This document shows, one piece after another, positions 1 through 8,417 of a DNA stretch of 64,000 nt. Position numbers and translations under genes: made by a program. The notes beneath the pieces are model-generated. The model saw only the letters and a program-made list of their open reading frames with translations. It did no database searches and was not told where the DNA came from. This DNA comes from an uncultured Prevotella sp. (GTDB lineage Bacteria; Bacteroidota; Bacteroidia; Bacteroidales; Bacteroidaceae), in contig UQZX01000001.1 of the NCBI GenBank assembly GCA_900545525.1, positions 38,218-102,217 of the forward strand. Direction: 5' to 3'. Position 1 is the first letter of the stretch, and each line of letters begins with the position of its first letter.

Positions 1-109
1 AGAGGCGTGAAAGGCAGGGATGCCTTTGCCTTGCAAAAGATGCCGGTGTGCCTGTGCGGCAGGCTGTGAAGCAGATGGCAGGGTTCCTAAATATTGCCTC
101 ATGGTAAAA

Positions 110-141
110 ATTCTTCATTCTTCATTCTTCATTCTTCATTC
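110..141. repeat. Heptamer tandem repeat (ATTCTTC)n upstream of nadB
   Basis: attcttc repeated about 4.5 times. Confidence 0.9.
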
Positions 142-148
142 CTTTTAG

Positions 149-156
149 TACTTTTG
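149..156 (+). promoter_or_regulatory. Bacteroidetes -7 promoter element (TAnnTTTG) for nadB
   Basis: TACTTTTG about 24 bp upstream of the ATG. Confidence 0.55.
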
Positions 157-179
157 CAGCCGTAAAACAACGCGTTTTT

Positions 180-1778
180 ATGGTATTTAAATACGACTTT
201 CTGATTATCGGCGCAGGAGTTGCCGGTATGAGTTACGCCCTGAAAATTGCAAGAGCGCACAAAGGTAAGGTGTGTATAATATGCAAGACCACGCTCGACG
301 AGGCAAATACATATTTTGCACAGGGAGGCGTTGCCTCGGTGACAAACACTAAAATCGACAATTTCGGCAAGCACATCGAAGACACGATGATTGCAGGCGA
401 TTATATAAGTGACCGCCGTGCAGTGGAGCAGGTGGTGAGAAACGCCCCCGGACAGATTGCCGAACTGGTGGAGTGGGGAGTAAACTTCGACCGCCGCGAC
501 GACGGGACGTTCGACCTTCACCGCGAAGGCGGACACTCTGAGTTCCGCATATTGCACCATGCCGACGACACCGGAGCAGAGATACAGCGCGGGCTTATGC
601 ATGCCGTGCGCAGCAATCCCGACATAGAGATAAAGGAGAACCATTTTGCCGTGGAAATCATAACGCAGCATCATCTTGGCATAACGGTGACGCGACGCAC
701 TCCGGATATAGAATGCTACGGGGCATACGTGCTCAATCCCGAGACGCAGAAAGTTGACACCTATCTGAGCAAGGTGACGCTGATGTGTACGGGCGGATGC
801 GGTGCCGTATACCAGACGACGACAAACCCCATTATTGCCACTGGCGACGGCGAGGCTATGGTATACCGTGCCAAGGGTACGGTGCAGGACATGGAGTTCG
901 TGCAGTTTCATCCTACGGCGCTTTATCATCCCGGTGAGACGCACCCCGCGTACCTCATTACCGAGGCAATGCGCGGATACGGAGGCATATTGCGGCTGCC
1001 AACAGGCGAGACATTTATGGAAAAATACGATGGGCGCCTGTCTCTCGCTCCGCGCGACATCGTTGCGCGTGCCATTGACAAAGAGATGAAGACACACGGC
1101 ATAGACCACGTGTGCCTTGATGTGACGCACAAAAACGCAGAAGAAACCAAGCACCATTTCCCAAATATATACCAAAAGTGCCTTTCCATAGGCATAGACA
1201 TAACTAAGGAGTACATCCCTGTGCGTCCGGCAGCCCACTATATGTGCGGCGGCATAAAGGTGGACTTGGACGGGTGTTCAAGCATAAAAAGGCTTTATGC
1301 CATAGGCGAATGTTCGTGTACGGGGCTACATGGCGGCAACCGTCTGGCAAGCAACTCGCTTATCGAGGCGGTGGTATATGCAGACACGGCGGCGAAGCAC
1401 AGTCTTGAGCATGTCGATGAATACAGCTTTAACACGGAGGTGCCCGAGTGGAACGATGAGGGTACGATGACCAATGAGGAGCAGGTTCTCATTACGCAAA
1501 GCCTGAAAGAGGTGGGGCAGATTATGAGCAACTATGTGGGCATCGTTCGCAGCGACCTGCGCCTGAAGCGTGCATGGGACCGTCTTGACCTGCTTTATGA
1601 AGAGACCGAGGCTCTCTTCAAGCGTGTGAAGGCAAATCGTGATATATGCGAGTTGCGCAATGTCATAAACGTGGGATATCTCATCACGCGTCAGGCAATA
1701 GAGCGCAAGGAGTGTCGCGGGCTGCATTTCACCACCGACTATGCTCATCATGCGTACGATGGGGAAATTAAGAATTAA
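180..1778 (+). CDS. nadB: L-aspartate oxidase
   Basis: GAGVAG FAD motif, AQGG, REGGHS, FVQFHPT, LAPRDIVAR, AHYMCGG, GLHGGNRLASNSL; 532 aa. Confidence 0.96.
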   Translation: MVFKYDFLIIGAGVAGMSYALKIARAHKGKVCIICKTTLDEANTYFAQGGVASVTNTKIDNFGKHIEDTMIAGDYISDRRAVEQVVRNAPGQIAELVEWGVNFDRRDDGTFDLHREGGHSEFRILHHADDTGAEIQRGLMHAVRSNPDIEIKENHFAVEIITQHHLGITVTRRTPDIECYGAYVLNPETQKVDTYLSKVTLMCTGGCGAVYQTTTNPIIATGDGEAMVYRAKGTVQDMEFVQFHPTALYHPGETHPAYLITEAMRGYGGILRLPTGETFMEKYDGRLSLAPRDIVARAIDKEMKTHGIDHVCLDVTHKNAEETKHHFPNIYQKCLSIGIDITKEYIPVRPAAHYMCGGIKVDLDGCSSIKRLYAIGECSCTGLHGGNRLASNSLIEAVVYADTAAKHSLEHVDEYSFNTEVPEWNDEGTMTNEEQVLITQSLKEVGQIMSNYVGIVRSDLRLKRAWDRLDLLYEETEALFKRVKANRDICELRNVINVGYLITRQAIERKECRGLHFTTDYAHHAYDGEIKN

Positions 1779-1932
1779 GAGGTAAGAATTAAGAATTACG
1801 AATTAGGAGTTAAGGATTAAGGGATGAGAATGATAATTTGCATTCCTGTAGTGCTGATTTATGGAAGAGAGATTTTGTAAGAACCGGAAAAGGTAATTAT
1901 AATTCTTAATTCTTAACTCTTAATTCTTAATT
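1766..1932. repeat. Convergent heptamer tracts (AATTAAG)n ... (CTTAATT)n
   Basis: About 8 degenerate aattaag units at 1766-1821 and about 5 reverse-complement units at 1894-1932. Confidence 0.9.
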
Positions 1933-1942
1933 AAAAAAAAGG

Positions 1943-2881
1943 ATGATAAGAAATAACAGACCGCTCATTGCCCATTTGTGCCTGTTCGGAGCCTGTGCCT
2001 TTTGGGGACTTATGGCTCCGCTTGGCAAGGATGCCATGACACACGGACTTACAGGAATAGACATGGTGACATTCCGCGTTACAGGTGGTGCCGTGCTCTT
2101 TTGGATAACATCGCTGTTTACAAGAAAGGAGCATGTGCCGCCAAGAGACCTGCTGATGTTTGTTGGGGCAGCCGTGCTGGGACTTGTCACCAACCAGTGC
2201 TGTTATACGATAGGGCTAAGCATCACATCGCCGATAAATGCCAGCATCGTGACAACGTCCATGCCGATATTCGCGATGATATTGGCTGCGCTCATACTGA
2301 AGGAACCTGTAACGGGAAAGAAAGCCGGCGGTGTGGCTATGGGATGCTGTGGCGCCATAATACTGATTGTTACAAGCGCGGCATCGGCGAATGCCAAGGT
2401 CGGTGACATACGCGGTGACCTGCTGTGTATGGGTGCCCAACTGTCTTTTGCCCTTTATCTCTCGCTGTTCAGCAGTCTTATAAAGCGCTATTCGGTGTTC
2501 ACCGTCAACAAATGGATGTTCACCTACGCGACACTTCTTATACTGCCGTTTTCATGGGGACATGTGGCAGATATAGACTTTGCCTCCGTTCCGTTGAAGA
2601 CCTGGCTCGAAACAGGCTTTGTGGTGTTCTTCGGCACATACATAAGCTATATACTCATGATGGTTGGGCAGCACACGCTCCGTCCCACGGTGGTGAGCAT
2701 TTACAACTACGTGCAGCCGCTCGTTTCGGTAACGGTCAGCATACTTACCGGCATCGGCGTGTTCAAGCCCAGTCAGGGACTTGCCGTGTTGCTGGTGTTC
2801 GGAGGAGTGTGGCTTGTCACCAAGTCGAAGTCGCGCCGTGACATGGAAAAGAGCAGGGCGGGGGCCGATATGTCCCGATGA
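1943..2881 (+). CDS. DMT/EamA family transporter
   Basis: About 10 hydrophobic segments in two EamA-like halves; ILKE motif. Confidence 0.88.
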   Translation: MIRNNRPLIAHLCLFGACAFWGLMAPLGKDAMTHGLTGIDMVTFRVTGGAVLFWITSLFTRKEHVPPRDLLMFVGAAVLGLVTNQCCYTIGLSITSPINASIVTTSMPIFAMILAALILKEPVTGKKAGGVAMGCCGAIILIVTSAASANAKVGDIRGDLLCMGAQLSFALYLSLFSSLIKRYSVFTVNKWMFTYATLLILPFSWGHVADIDFASVPLKTWLETGFVVFFGTYISYILMMVGQHTLRPTVVSIYNYVQPLVSVTVSILTGIGVFKPSQGLAVLLVFGGVWLVTKSKSRRDMEKSRAGADMSR

Positions 2882-2956
2882 GTTTTCATAATAATACTAA
2901 ATAAAAGGAGCCGGGCTTGTATGTAACATGCCTTGCCTGCCAGTAAAGATAATAAT

Positions 2957-4123
2957 ATGGAAGAAATCAGAACATTTGCAGAGAACCTTTTCGGCATAGC
3001 AGGAGTGTCTGGCACTACGGCAAACATCGCCGTATATGTGCTTATGGTTGTTATTGTGTCTGTATTGTCATGGTTGGCTGGATATATATGCCGCAGGGTT
3101 CTCATGCCCATGGTCCTTCGGCTGACAGCCCATACTGATGTGACGTGGGACGACAAGGTATTCAACAAAACAGTATTGACATCCGCATGCCGCATTGTTC
3201 CGGCAATAGTAATATGGAAGCTGCTTCCCCTTGTGTTCAGCGAGAGCCTGTTCCTGAACGAGTTCCTGAAACGTGCCACGGCGATATACATCACCGTAAT
3301 GTCCGTGCGCACAATGATAGTGCTCGTAGACTCGGTAAAGGAGATTGAGAGTGAGAAATATGTATCCATGCAGCAATACCTGCGTTCGTTTTGCGGGGTG
3401 TTCAAGATAGTGCTGGTATTCGTTGCCGTGATAATAGTCGCAGCCATACTTATAGACAAAAGCCCGTTGAGGCTGTTCGCCGGACTTGGCGCCACATCGG
3501 CAATACTGATGCTTGTGTTCAAGGACACCATAGAGGGACTTGTGGCTGGCATACGTCTCACAAGCAACGACATGCTGCACAAGGGCGACTGGATAACGGT
3601 GCCCTCCACCAATGCCAACGGAACCGTGGAAGAGATGACACTGACGACGGTAAAGATACGCAACTTCGACAACACCATTGTCACCGTCAGTCCTCAGACT
3701 CTTGTCAACGGCTCGTTTCAAAACTGGGTGGGTATGCAGCAGAGTGCCGGAAGGCGCGTCACACGTACATTATATTATGATATCCATACTATAAAGGTGG
3801 CAGACGACACCATTAAGGAAAATCTTCTAAGACATGGATATTTTACGGAGGAAGAGCTGAATGGCGAGCATGTTAATATGACGTTATTGTGCCGGTATAT
3901 GGAAAAGTTTCTTTCCATGCAGCCCGAGGTCAACACTTCCATGCAGTTTATGGTGCATCAGCTTAACCCTACAACAACCGGACTGCCTGTGGAGTTTTAT
4001 TTCTTCCTTACAGAAAAAGACTGGATACCATACGAGCATCAGCTGGCGGATATCATGAACCGCATATATGCCATGACGCCCGATTTCGGACTGAAGATTT
4101 ATCAGCGCTATCCGCAGGTCTGA
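2957..4123 (+). CDS. MscS-family mechanosensitive channel (YbdG/MscM-like)
   Basis: GLGATSAILMLVFKDTI, GDWI, LTTVKIRNFDNTI, FQNW, GRR; ATG at 2957 preferred over TTG at 2933. Confidence 0.9.
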   Translation: MEEIRTFAENLFGIAGVSGTTANIAVYVLMVVIVSVLSWLAGYICRRVLMPMVLRLTAHTDVTWDDKVFNKTVLTSACRIVPAIVIWKLLPLVFSESLFLNEFLKRATAIYITVMSVRTMIVLVDSVKEIESEKYVSMQQYLRSFCGVFKIVLVFVAVIIVAAILIDKSPLRLFAGLGATSAILMLVFKDTIEGLVAGIRLTSNDMLHKGDWITVPSTNANGTVEEMTLTTVKIRNFDNTIVTVSPQTLVNGSFQNWVGMQQSAGRRVTRTLYYDIHTIKVADDTIKENLLRHGYFTEEELNGEHVNMTLLCRYMEKFLSMQPEVNTSMQFMVHQLNPTTTGLPVEFYFFLTEKDWIPYEHQLADIMNRIYAMTPDFGLKIYQRYPQV

Positions 4124-4138
4124 AATGCTTTTATTGAT

Positions 4139-4181
4139 ATAACGTGAGTTTGATAAATTCAAGATAAACTCACGTTATTTT
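4139..4181 (+). terminator. Intrinsic terminator-like hairpin after mscS
   Basis: ataacgtgagttt / aaactcacgttat (13-bp arms) followed by Ts. Confidence 0.7.
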
Positions 4182-4417
4182 AGATTGTATCTCGGCTGCA
4201 AACCGGATGCCGTCTTAATTCTTAGTTCAATAAAGCACAGCTTTACGTCCGTAACCCATAGCTTTATGGTACGTAAACATGTGAGTTATGAATTACGAAT
4301 TTGGAGTTACGAATTTTCTGTCCTGTTGACAGGGGTGGCAGGATATAAATTCACGTATCTTATAAATTATTTTTCACATTAATTTATTTATTCTTTTGTT
4401 TATTCCCAAAGAATAAT

Positions 4418-4695
4418 TATTTTTGCAAACGTGCTTATGAGAACTCAAAGCACATCTTTTTATTTGCTCAACTTTCCCATACGAACTACCACCTCGAACT
4501 GGAATAAACGAGCAATCTCAATAACAAGGAGCTGCGCCCTATACGGCGCAGACTTATCCATTTGTTATTGAAGGCTGTGGTAGGCCTGTATGGGAAAATG
4601 GCAGGTCTGCGTCGTTTTTCGTATCTATACGTGAACGAGCTGGGAGTTGCCGAGGAGGGAACACACGATTATAAAAAGCAAATAAAAAGAAAATC
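4418..4695 (+). ncRNA. Putative structured 5' leader RNA of cassette A, preceded by a TATTTTTG -7 element at 4418-4425
   Basis: Nested helices 4473-82/4588-97, 4486-92/4577-83, 4518-27/4562-71, 4532-38/4545-51; alternative helix 4544-53/4605-14 followed by a T run. Confidence 0.6.
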
Positions 4696-5244
4696 ATGGC
4701 TGACAATTCTTTATTTGGAAGTGGCAACTATAATGTCTTCAGTGAAGATGTGTTGCAGAGTTATCCTGATATTTGTGCCATAAAGTCTCAGCAACTCATT
4801 TTAGAGTCTAATGGCATAGATTTCTCTGAGTCGGAGCTCCGTGATGAGGCTATACGAAACGGATGGTATAGTCCGGGATACGGCACGCCGATGGAGAACG
4901 TTGGCGATTTGTTGGAAAATCACGGAATGGAAGTACACCGCTATGTGAATGCTACAGTTTCGGACATAGCGGATGAATTGTCTAAAGGGCATCAAGTCAT
5001 AGTAGGTGTCGATTCTGGTGAATTGTGGGATTCCGGGCCGGATGAGACATTTGAGGACATTATCCACGGAGAGCAGGCAGACCACGCTTTGCTTGTCAGC
5101 GGCATTGTGGTGGATCCATTCACATCGGAAGAAAGCGTATTACTGACTGATCCCGGCACGGGTGATGTCTGCATGGAATATCCCGCCGATCAGTTTGAGG
5201 ATGCGTGGGAGGATTCGGGGGATTTTATGGTGAGTGTAATGTAA
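4696..5244 (+). CDS. Stand-alone C39-like (papain-fold) cysteine peptidase
   Basis: Q-x4-C (QSYPDIC), GT motif, VIVGVDSGELW, DHA (His), TDP (Asp), F..AW C-terminal motif; acidic, no signal peptide. Confidence 0.75.
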   Translation: MADNSLFGSGNYNVFSEDVLQSYPDICAIKSQQLILESNGIDFSESELRDEAIRNGWYSPGYGTPMENVGDLLENHGMEVHRYVNATVSDIADELSKGHQVIVGVDSGELWDSGPDETFEDIIHGEQADHALLVSGIVVDPFTSEESVLLTDPGTGDVCMEYPADQFEDAWEDSGDFMVSVM

Positions 5245-5261
5245 TTTTAATTGTAACAGAT

Positions 5262-5651
5262 ATGGATTTTATTATGGAAGAAATGGAATCTGTCATCAAT
5301 GAAAATATTGATGACGATTGGACAAATGAAGAGCCGGAAGAAGTGCAAGAGGATAATGAAGATGTCGGTGATGATGAACTTGAATCTGACATTTCTTCGG
5401 AAATGGATGAAGATGAATTGCAGCATCAGGACATAAATGAGGAACCTGTTTTGGATGAGGACACATTTCATCATGACAAAATGACAGATGAAAATGAGGA
5501 CAATACACAAAATCGTGCATCAGTTAAGCGTGATTACTCACCAAGTTTCACCGGATTGGGGAAATGCAAATGTGGCTGTGGCTCATTCGTTGGTTGTGGC
5601 AGTATATGTGAAGCATGCGGCCACTCCTACAAAGCACATGGCCCGTATTAA
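5262..5651 (+). CDS. Acidic low-complexity protein with C-terminal Cys/His-rich module (candidate peptidase substrate)
   Basis: D/E-rich first ~85 aa, then PSFTG-LGKCKCGCGSFVGCGSICEACGHSYKAHG; ATG at 5262 preferred. Confidence 0.7.
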   Translation: MDFIMEEMESVINENIDDDWTNEEPEEVQEDNEDVGDDELESDISSEMDEDELQHQDINEEPVLDEDTFHHDKMTDENEDNTQNRASVKRDYSPSFTGLGKCKCGCGSFVGCGSICEACGHSYKAHGPY

Positions 5652-5675
5652 TAATAAACTAACAATGAGTATTAT

Positions 5676-7040
5676 ATGAGTGCAATAGTAAGTCTGTTCC
5701 TCGGAGGAATGTTAGGTAGGGTTGCGGGGCCGATAGCTCAGGATTATTTTGAGAATGAGACGGAAATGGGGCGCCGCATACAAGAAAGAAAAAAGCAGAA
5801 TAAGATTGAGGACGAAAATCGTGCCGTACAAAACAAATTGCGTATCAGCGAGGTTGAGCATCAGAAAAAGCTGGAAGAAATGAAACTGCAGTTTGAAGCT
5901 AAACGGCAGGATGCGGAGAGACAATATGTAATGCTATATACAGACGCAAATCAGAAAGCTTTTCTGCGTGATTGTTGGCCGTTAAGAAATCCTTTTGATG
6001 CTCCAATTGCCATGAACACGACATTTGATGAAAACGCTAAACAATTGGAAGAATGCAGGTTAAAGACAGTAATGTTGCCAAACAAAATGGAGATTGTGCC
6101 TTTGAGGTTTATTTCAGCCTTGAAAGATGATGTCCATCCTACTGCGGCTACGATTAATAGCGAATTGTCCATGTTCTTGGTAAACAACTATTCCTCTAAT
6201 GGTTCGCATGCGGTTGTTTCGGAGATTGGAGCATGGCGAAACGACATTCCGGTTAATGACGCATCCATCAATTATTTGTTTAAGGGGATGCAGGGACAAC
6301 CTGTTATGGTTCTTGCCCCTGAATACACAAATGGCGGGTCATTTATACGTTTCAAAGTGTGGTCGTGGGGACTTGGAGAAAGGCTCACATATCCCGTCGG
6401 ATTTGATTTTGGCTGGATAGATTTGGAAGTTCTATACAAGCGTTTGCTTGCCAACGAGACACAAGCGATGACAAGGACACTGGAGAAAGTAAAGATTCCC
6501 GTATCGAATGAAATGTTGGCAAAGAATTCCGAGTTGCTGTCATTAATCATAAAGAACAGGAATACATTGACTAATGAAGAGCGTGGCAGGTTACTTTCAT
6601 TACTTGTTACTCCAGTTGAGGTAAACTCGCATTTGCGTAAAGAATTTGCATCTGTGATATCCAACGTGTATTCTGCCATTGTAGCCATGTATGCGGATGG
6701 CTACCATTTGACTGAATATGGGTGTTTGCCTCAGTTGCCGCAACTGCTTTGGAACATGAAAAACATTGCATTCATGATGCCACAGATAGAAACATTCTAT
6801 TTGGCTCTATTAAACTCTGCAATACAGAATAAGATTATTACAGGTGAACAAGCTGTTTATGTTGAAATGAAACTGGCTAAAGCAATGAAAAGTATAGGCT
6901 GTAAGCCGCATGTATATGAGGAACTTGTGACTGACATCAGGATGCTCAACCATAACATACAAGGAAATTTGCATAATGAAATTGTGGCACAACTAAGAGA
7001 ATTAAATAAAAATATTAATCTTAAATTAACAAAACAATGA
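5676..7040 (+). CDS. Hypothetical protein (Gly-rich hydrophobic N-terminus, coiled coil, unknown domain)
   Basis: 454-aa ORF; stop overlaps the next start (ATGA). Confidence 0.8.
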   Translation: MSAIVSLFLGGMLGRVAGPIAQDYFENETEMGRRIQERKKQNKIEDENRAVQNKLRISEVEHQKKLEEMKLQFEAKRQDAERQYVMLYTDANQKAFLRDCWPLRNPFDAPIAMNTTFDENAKQLEECRLKTVMLPNKMEIVPLRFISALKDDVHPTAATINSELSMFLVNNYSSNGSHAVVSEIGAWRNDIPVNDASINYLFKGMQGQPVMVLAPEYTNGGSFIRFKVWSWGLGERLTYPVGFDFGWIDLEVLYKRLLANETQAMTRTLEKVKIPVSNEMLAKNSELLSLIIKNRNTLTNEERGRLLSLLVTPVEVNSHLRKEFASVISNVYSAIVAMYADGYHLTEYGCLPQLPQLLWNMKNIAFMMPQIETFYLALLNSAIQNKIITGEQAVYVEMKLAKAMKSIGCKPHVYEELVTDIRMLNHNIQGNLHNEIVAQLRELNKNINLKLTKQ

Positions 7041-8410
7041 ACGAGAACACAAGATTGGAGTTCTTTGATGAACTCACCTCCCTACTGAAAGGGAATGTAA
7101 AACCTAAAAGCGAGGACACCATAAACGGGGAAGCCTTTTGTGATGCCTTGAAAGTGCAGATAACGAAATTACTTGAGGAAACCCATAAACTGGATATTCT
7201 TTCAAATGATTTCAATTTGTCGTCTTTCCTTTCCGAGAATGTGGATTTCCCGATAGAAAGGATGAAAGAACAAATGGAAAAAACTTGGCTCCGCGACAAA
7301 CTGACAGTCGGACTGATGGGACATTTCACTACTGGAAAGACAACAGCATTGAATCTTCTTTTTGGTGAGTCTTTCCAGACGGACAAGCATGAGAACACGG
7401 CCCTTGCCACATATTTGACATATGGAAAGAGCACAAATGTCATGACACTTGTAGACAAGAGTGGGCAATCTCAGGAACTTCCTTTGAAGCAATGTGAGAT
7501 ATTTGACTATGCGAAATGGGATGTGATGGATTTCCCGTTCGCGAGGATATTTGACTATATGGTCAAAGAAAACAATACTCCCCTTCTTAAAGAACTGACA
7601 ATCATAGATACTCCGGGACTGTTCTCCTCTCAGACGGGACATTCCGCACCGACAATGAAAGTCGTTTCAAGTTGCGATGCTATTTTTTGGTTCATAAAGA
7701 TAACTTCCAGTTTGACAAAAGCGGACATAGATGTGATAAAAGCCAGTTTGGGCGGTTTGCCTTTGTATATAGTGTTTTCCTTTGTGGACGCAAGGGGAAC
7801 AACACCTGATGCTGCCAAATCATCAATCAACAATATGCTTGGTGAATTGAAAAAGAACGGCATTGAGTGCAAAGGACACATGATGCTGGGAAAAAAGGAA
7901 AGCATAAGGGAACAGTTCAAGAACGAAACCCTTGCTGTCTTACGCAAACTGTCACAAGAACACGAGACATATAATCCAGGTGCGCATATAATGAGTGTAA
8001 TACACTTCTTGGAGGATTTTCTTGTAAAAGCTAAACAGTATTTTACGGAGCAAATAGGGAAATTGGATTCCGAGACAGACCAACTTGTTTCAGACTATCA
8101 AAGTTCCAGTAGGGCATTTGTCACAGAATGTAATAATAGCACGTCTAAATTCAATAATATGATTAATACCTTTAATAACAGATGCAATGGAGCTACATTC
8201 TGTGGTGGAGCTGCCGACGCATTATGCAATAATATCAACAGCATCAGCGATTCTTTGAATGGCATGATGAGAGCATATAACAATATGGATGTTTCCAAAC
8301 TTGTGGAATATGGCAATAAAACTGAAGAAATGGGACGAAAACAATATGTATTGAACAAAATTTCAGCCATACTTGAAGATTTGACAAACTTAAAGAACGC
8401 ATTAAATTAG
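7037..8410 (+). CDS. Dynamin-like GTPase 1 (degenerate G4)
   Basis: G1 GHFTTGKT, G2 region ENTALAT, G3 DTPG, G4-position SFVD; helical C-terminus. Confidence 0.8.
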   Translation: MNENTRLEFFDELTSLLKGNVKPKSEDTINGEAFCDALKVQITKLLEETHKLDILSNDFNLSSFLSENVDFPIERMKEQMEKTWLRDKLTVGLMGHFTTGKTTALNLLFGESFQTDKHENTALATYLTYGKSTNVMTLVDKSGQSQELPLKQCEIFDYAKWDVMDFPFARIFDYMVKENNTPLLKELTIIDTPGLFSSQTGHSAPTMKVVSSCDAIFWFIKITSSLTKADIDVIKASLGGLPLYIVFSFVDARGTTPDAAKSSINNMLGELKKNGIECKGHMMLGKKESIREQFKNETLAVLRKLSQEHETYNPGAHIMSVIHFLEDFLVKAKQYFTEQIGKLDSETDQLVSDYQSSSRAFVTECNNSTSKFNNMINTFNNRCNGATFCGGAADALCNNINSISDSLNGMMRAYNNMDVSKLVEYGNKTEEMGRKQYVLNKISAILEDLTNLKNALN

Positions 8411-8417
8411 GAATATT

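Noticed and set aside
129..1238. Long antisense ORFs (e.g. 129-1238, 2773-3684, 23633-24583, 51528-52628, 52665-53753, 58506-59945)
   Set aside because: They are shadows of well-supported genes on the opposite strand and carry no recognisable motifs.
4431..4670. Structured leaders as retron msr-msd, DGR template or a known riboswitch
   Set aside because: No reverse transcriptase in the window, and no riboswitch consensus that I can recognise.
4696..5651. Classical bacteriocin/RiPP cluster
   Set aside because: No ABC exporter, radical SAM, LanM or YcaO enzyme and no GG leader; kept only as a protease-substrate hypothesis.
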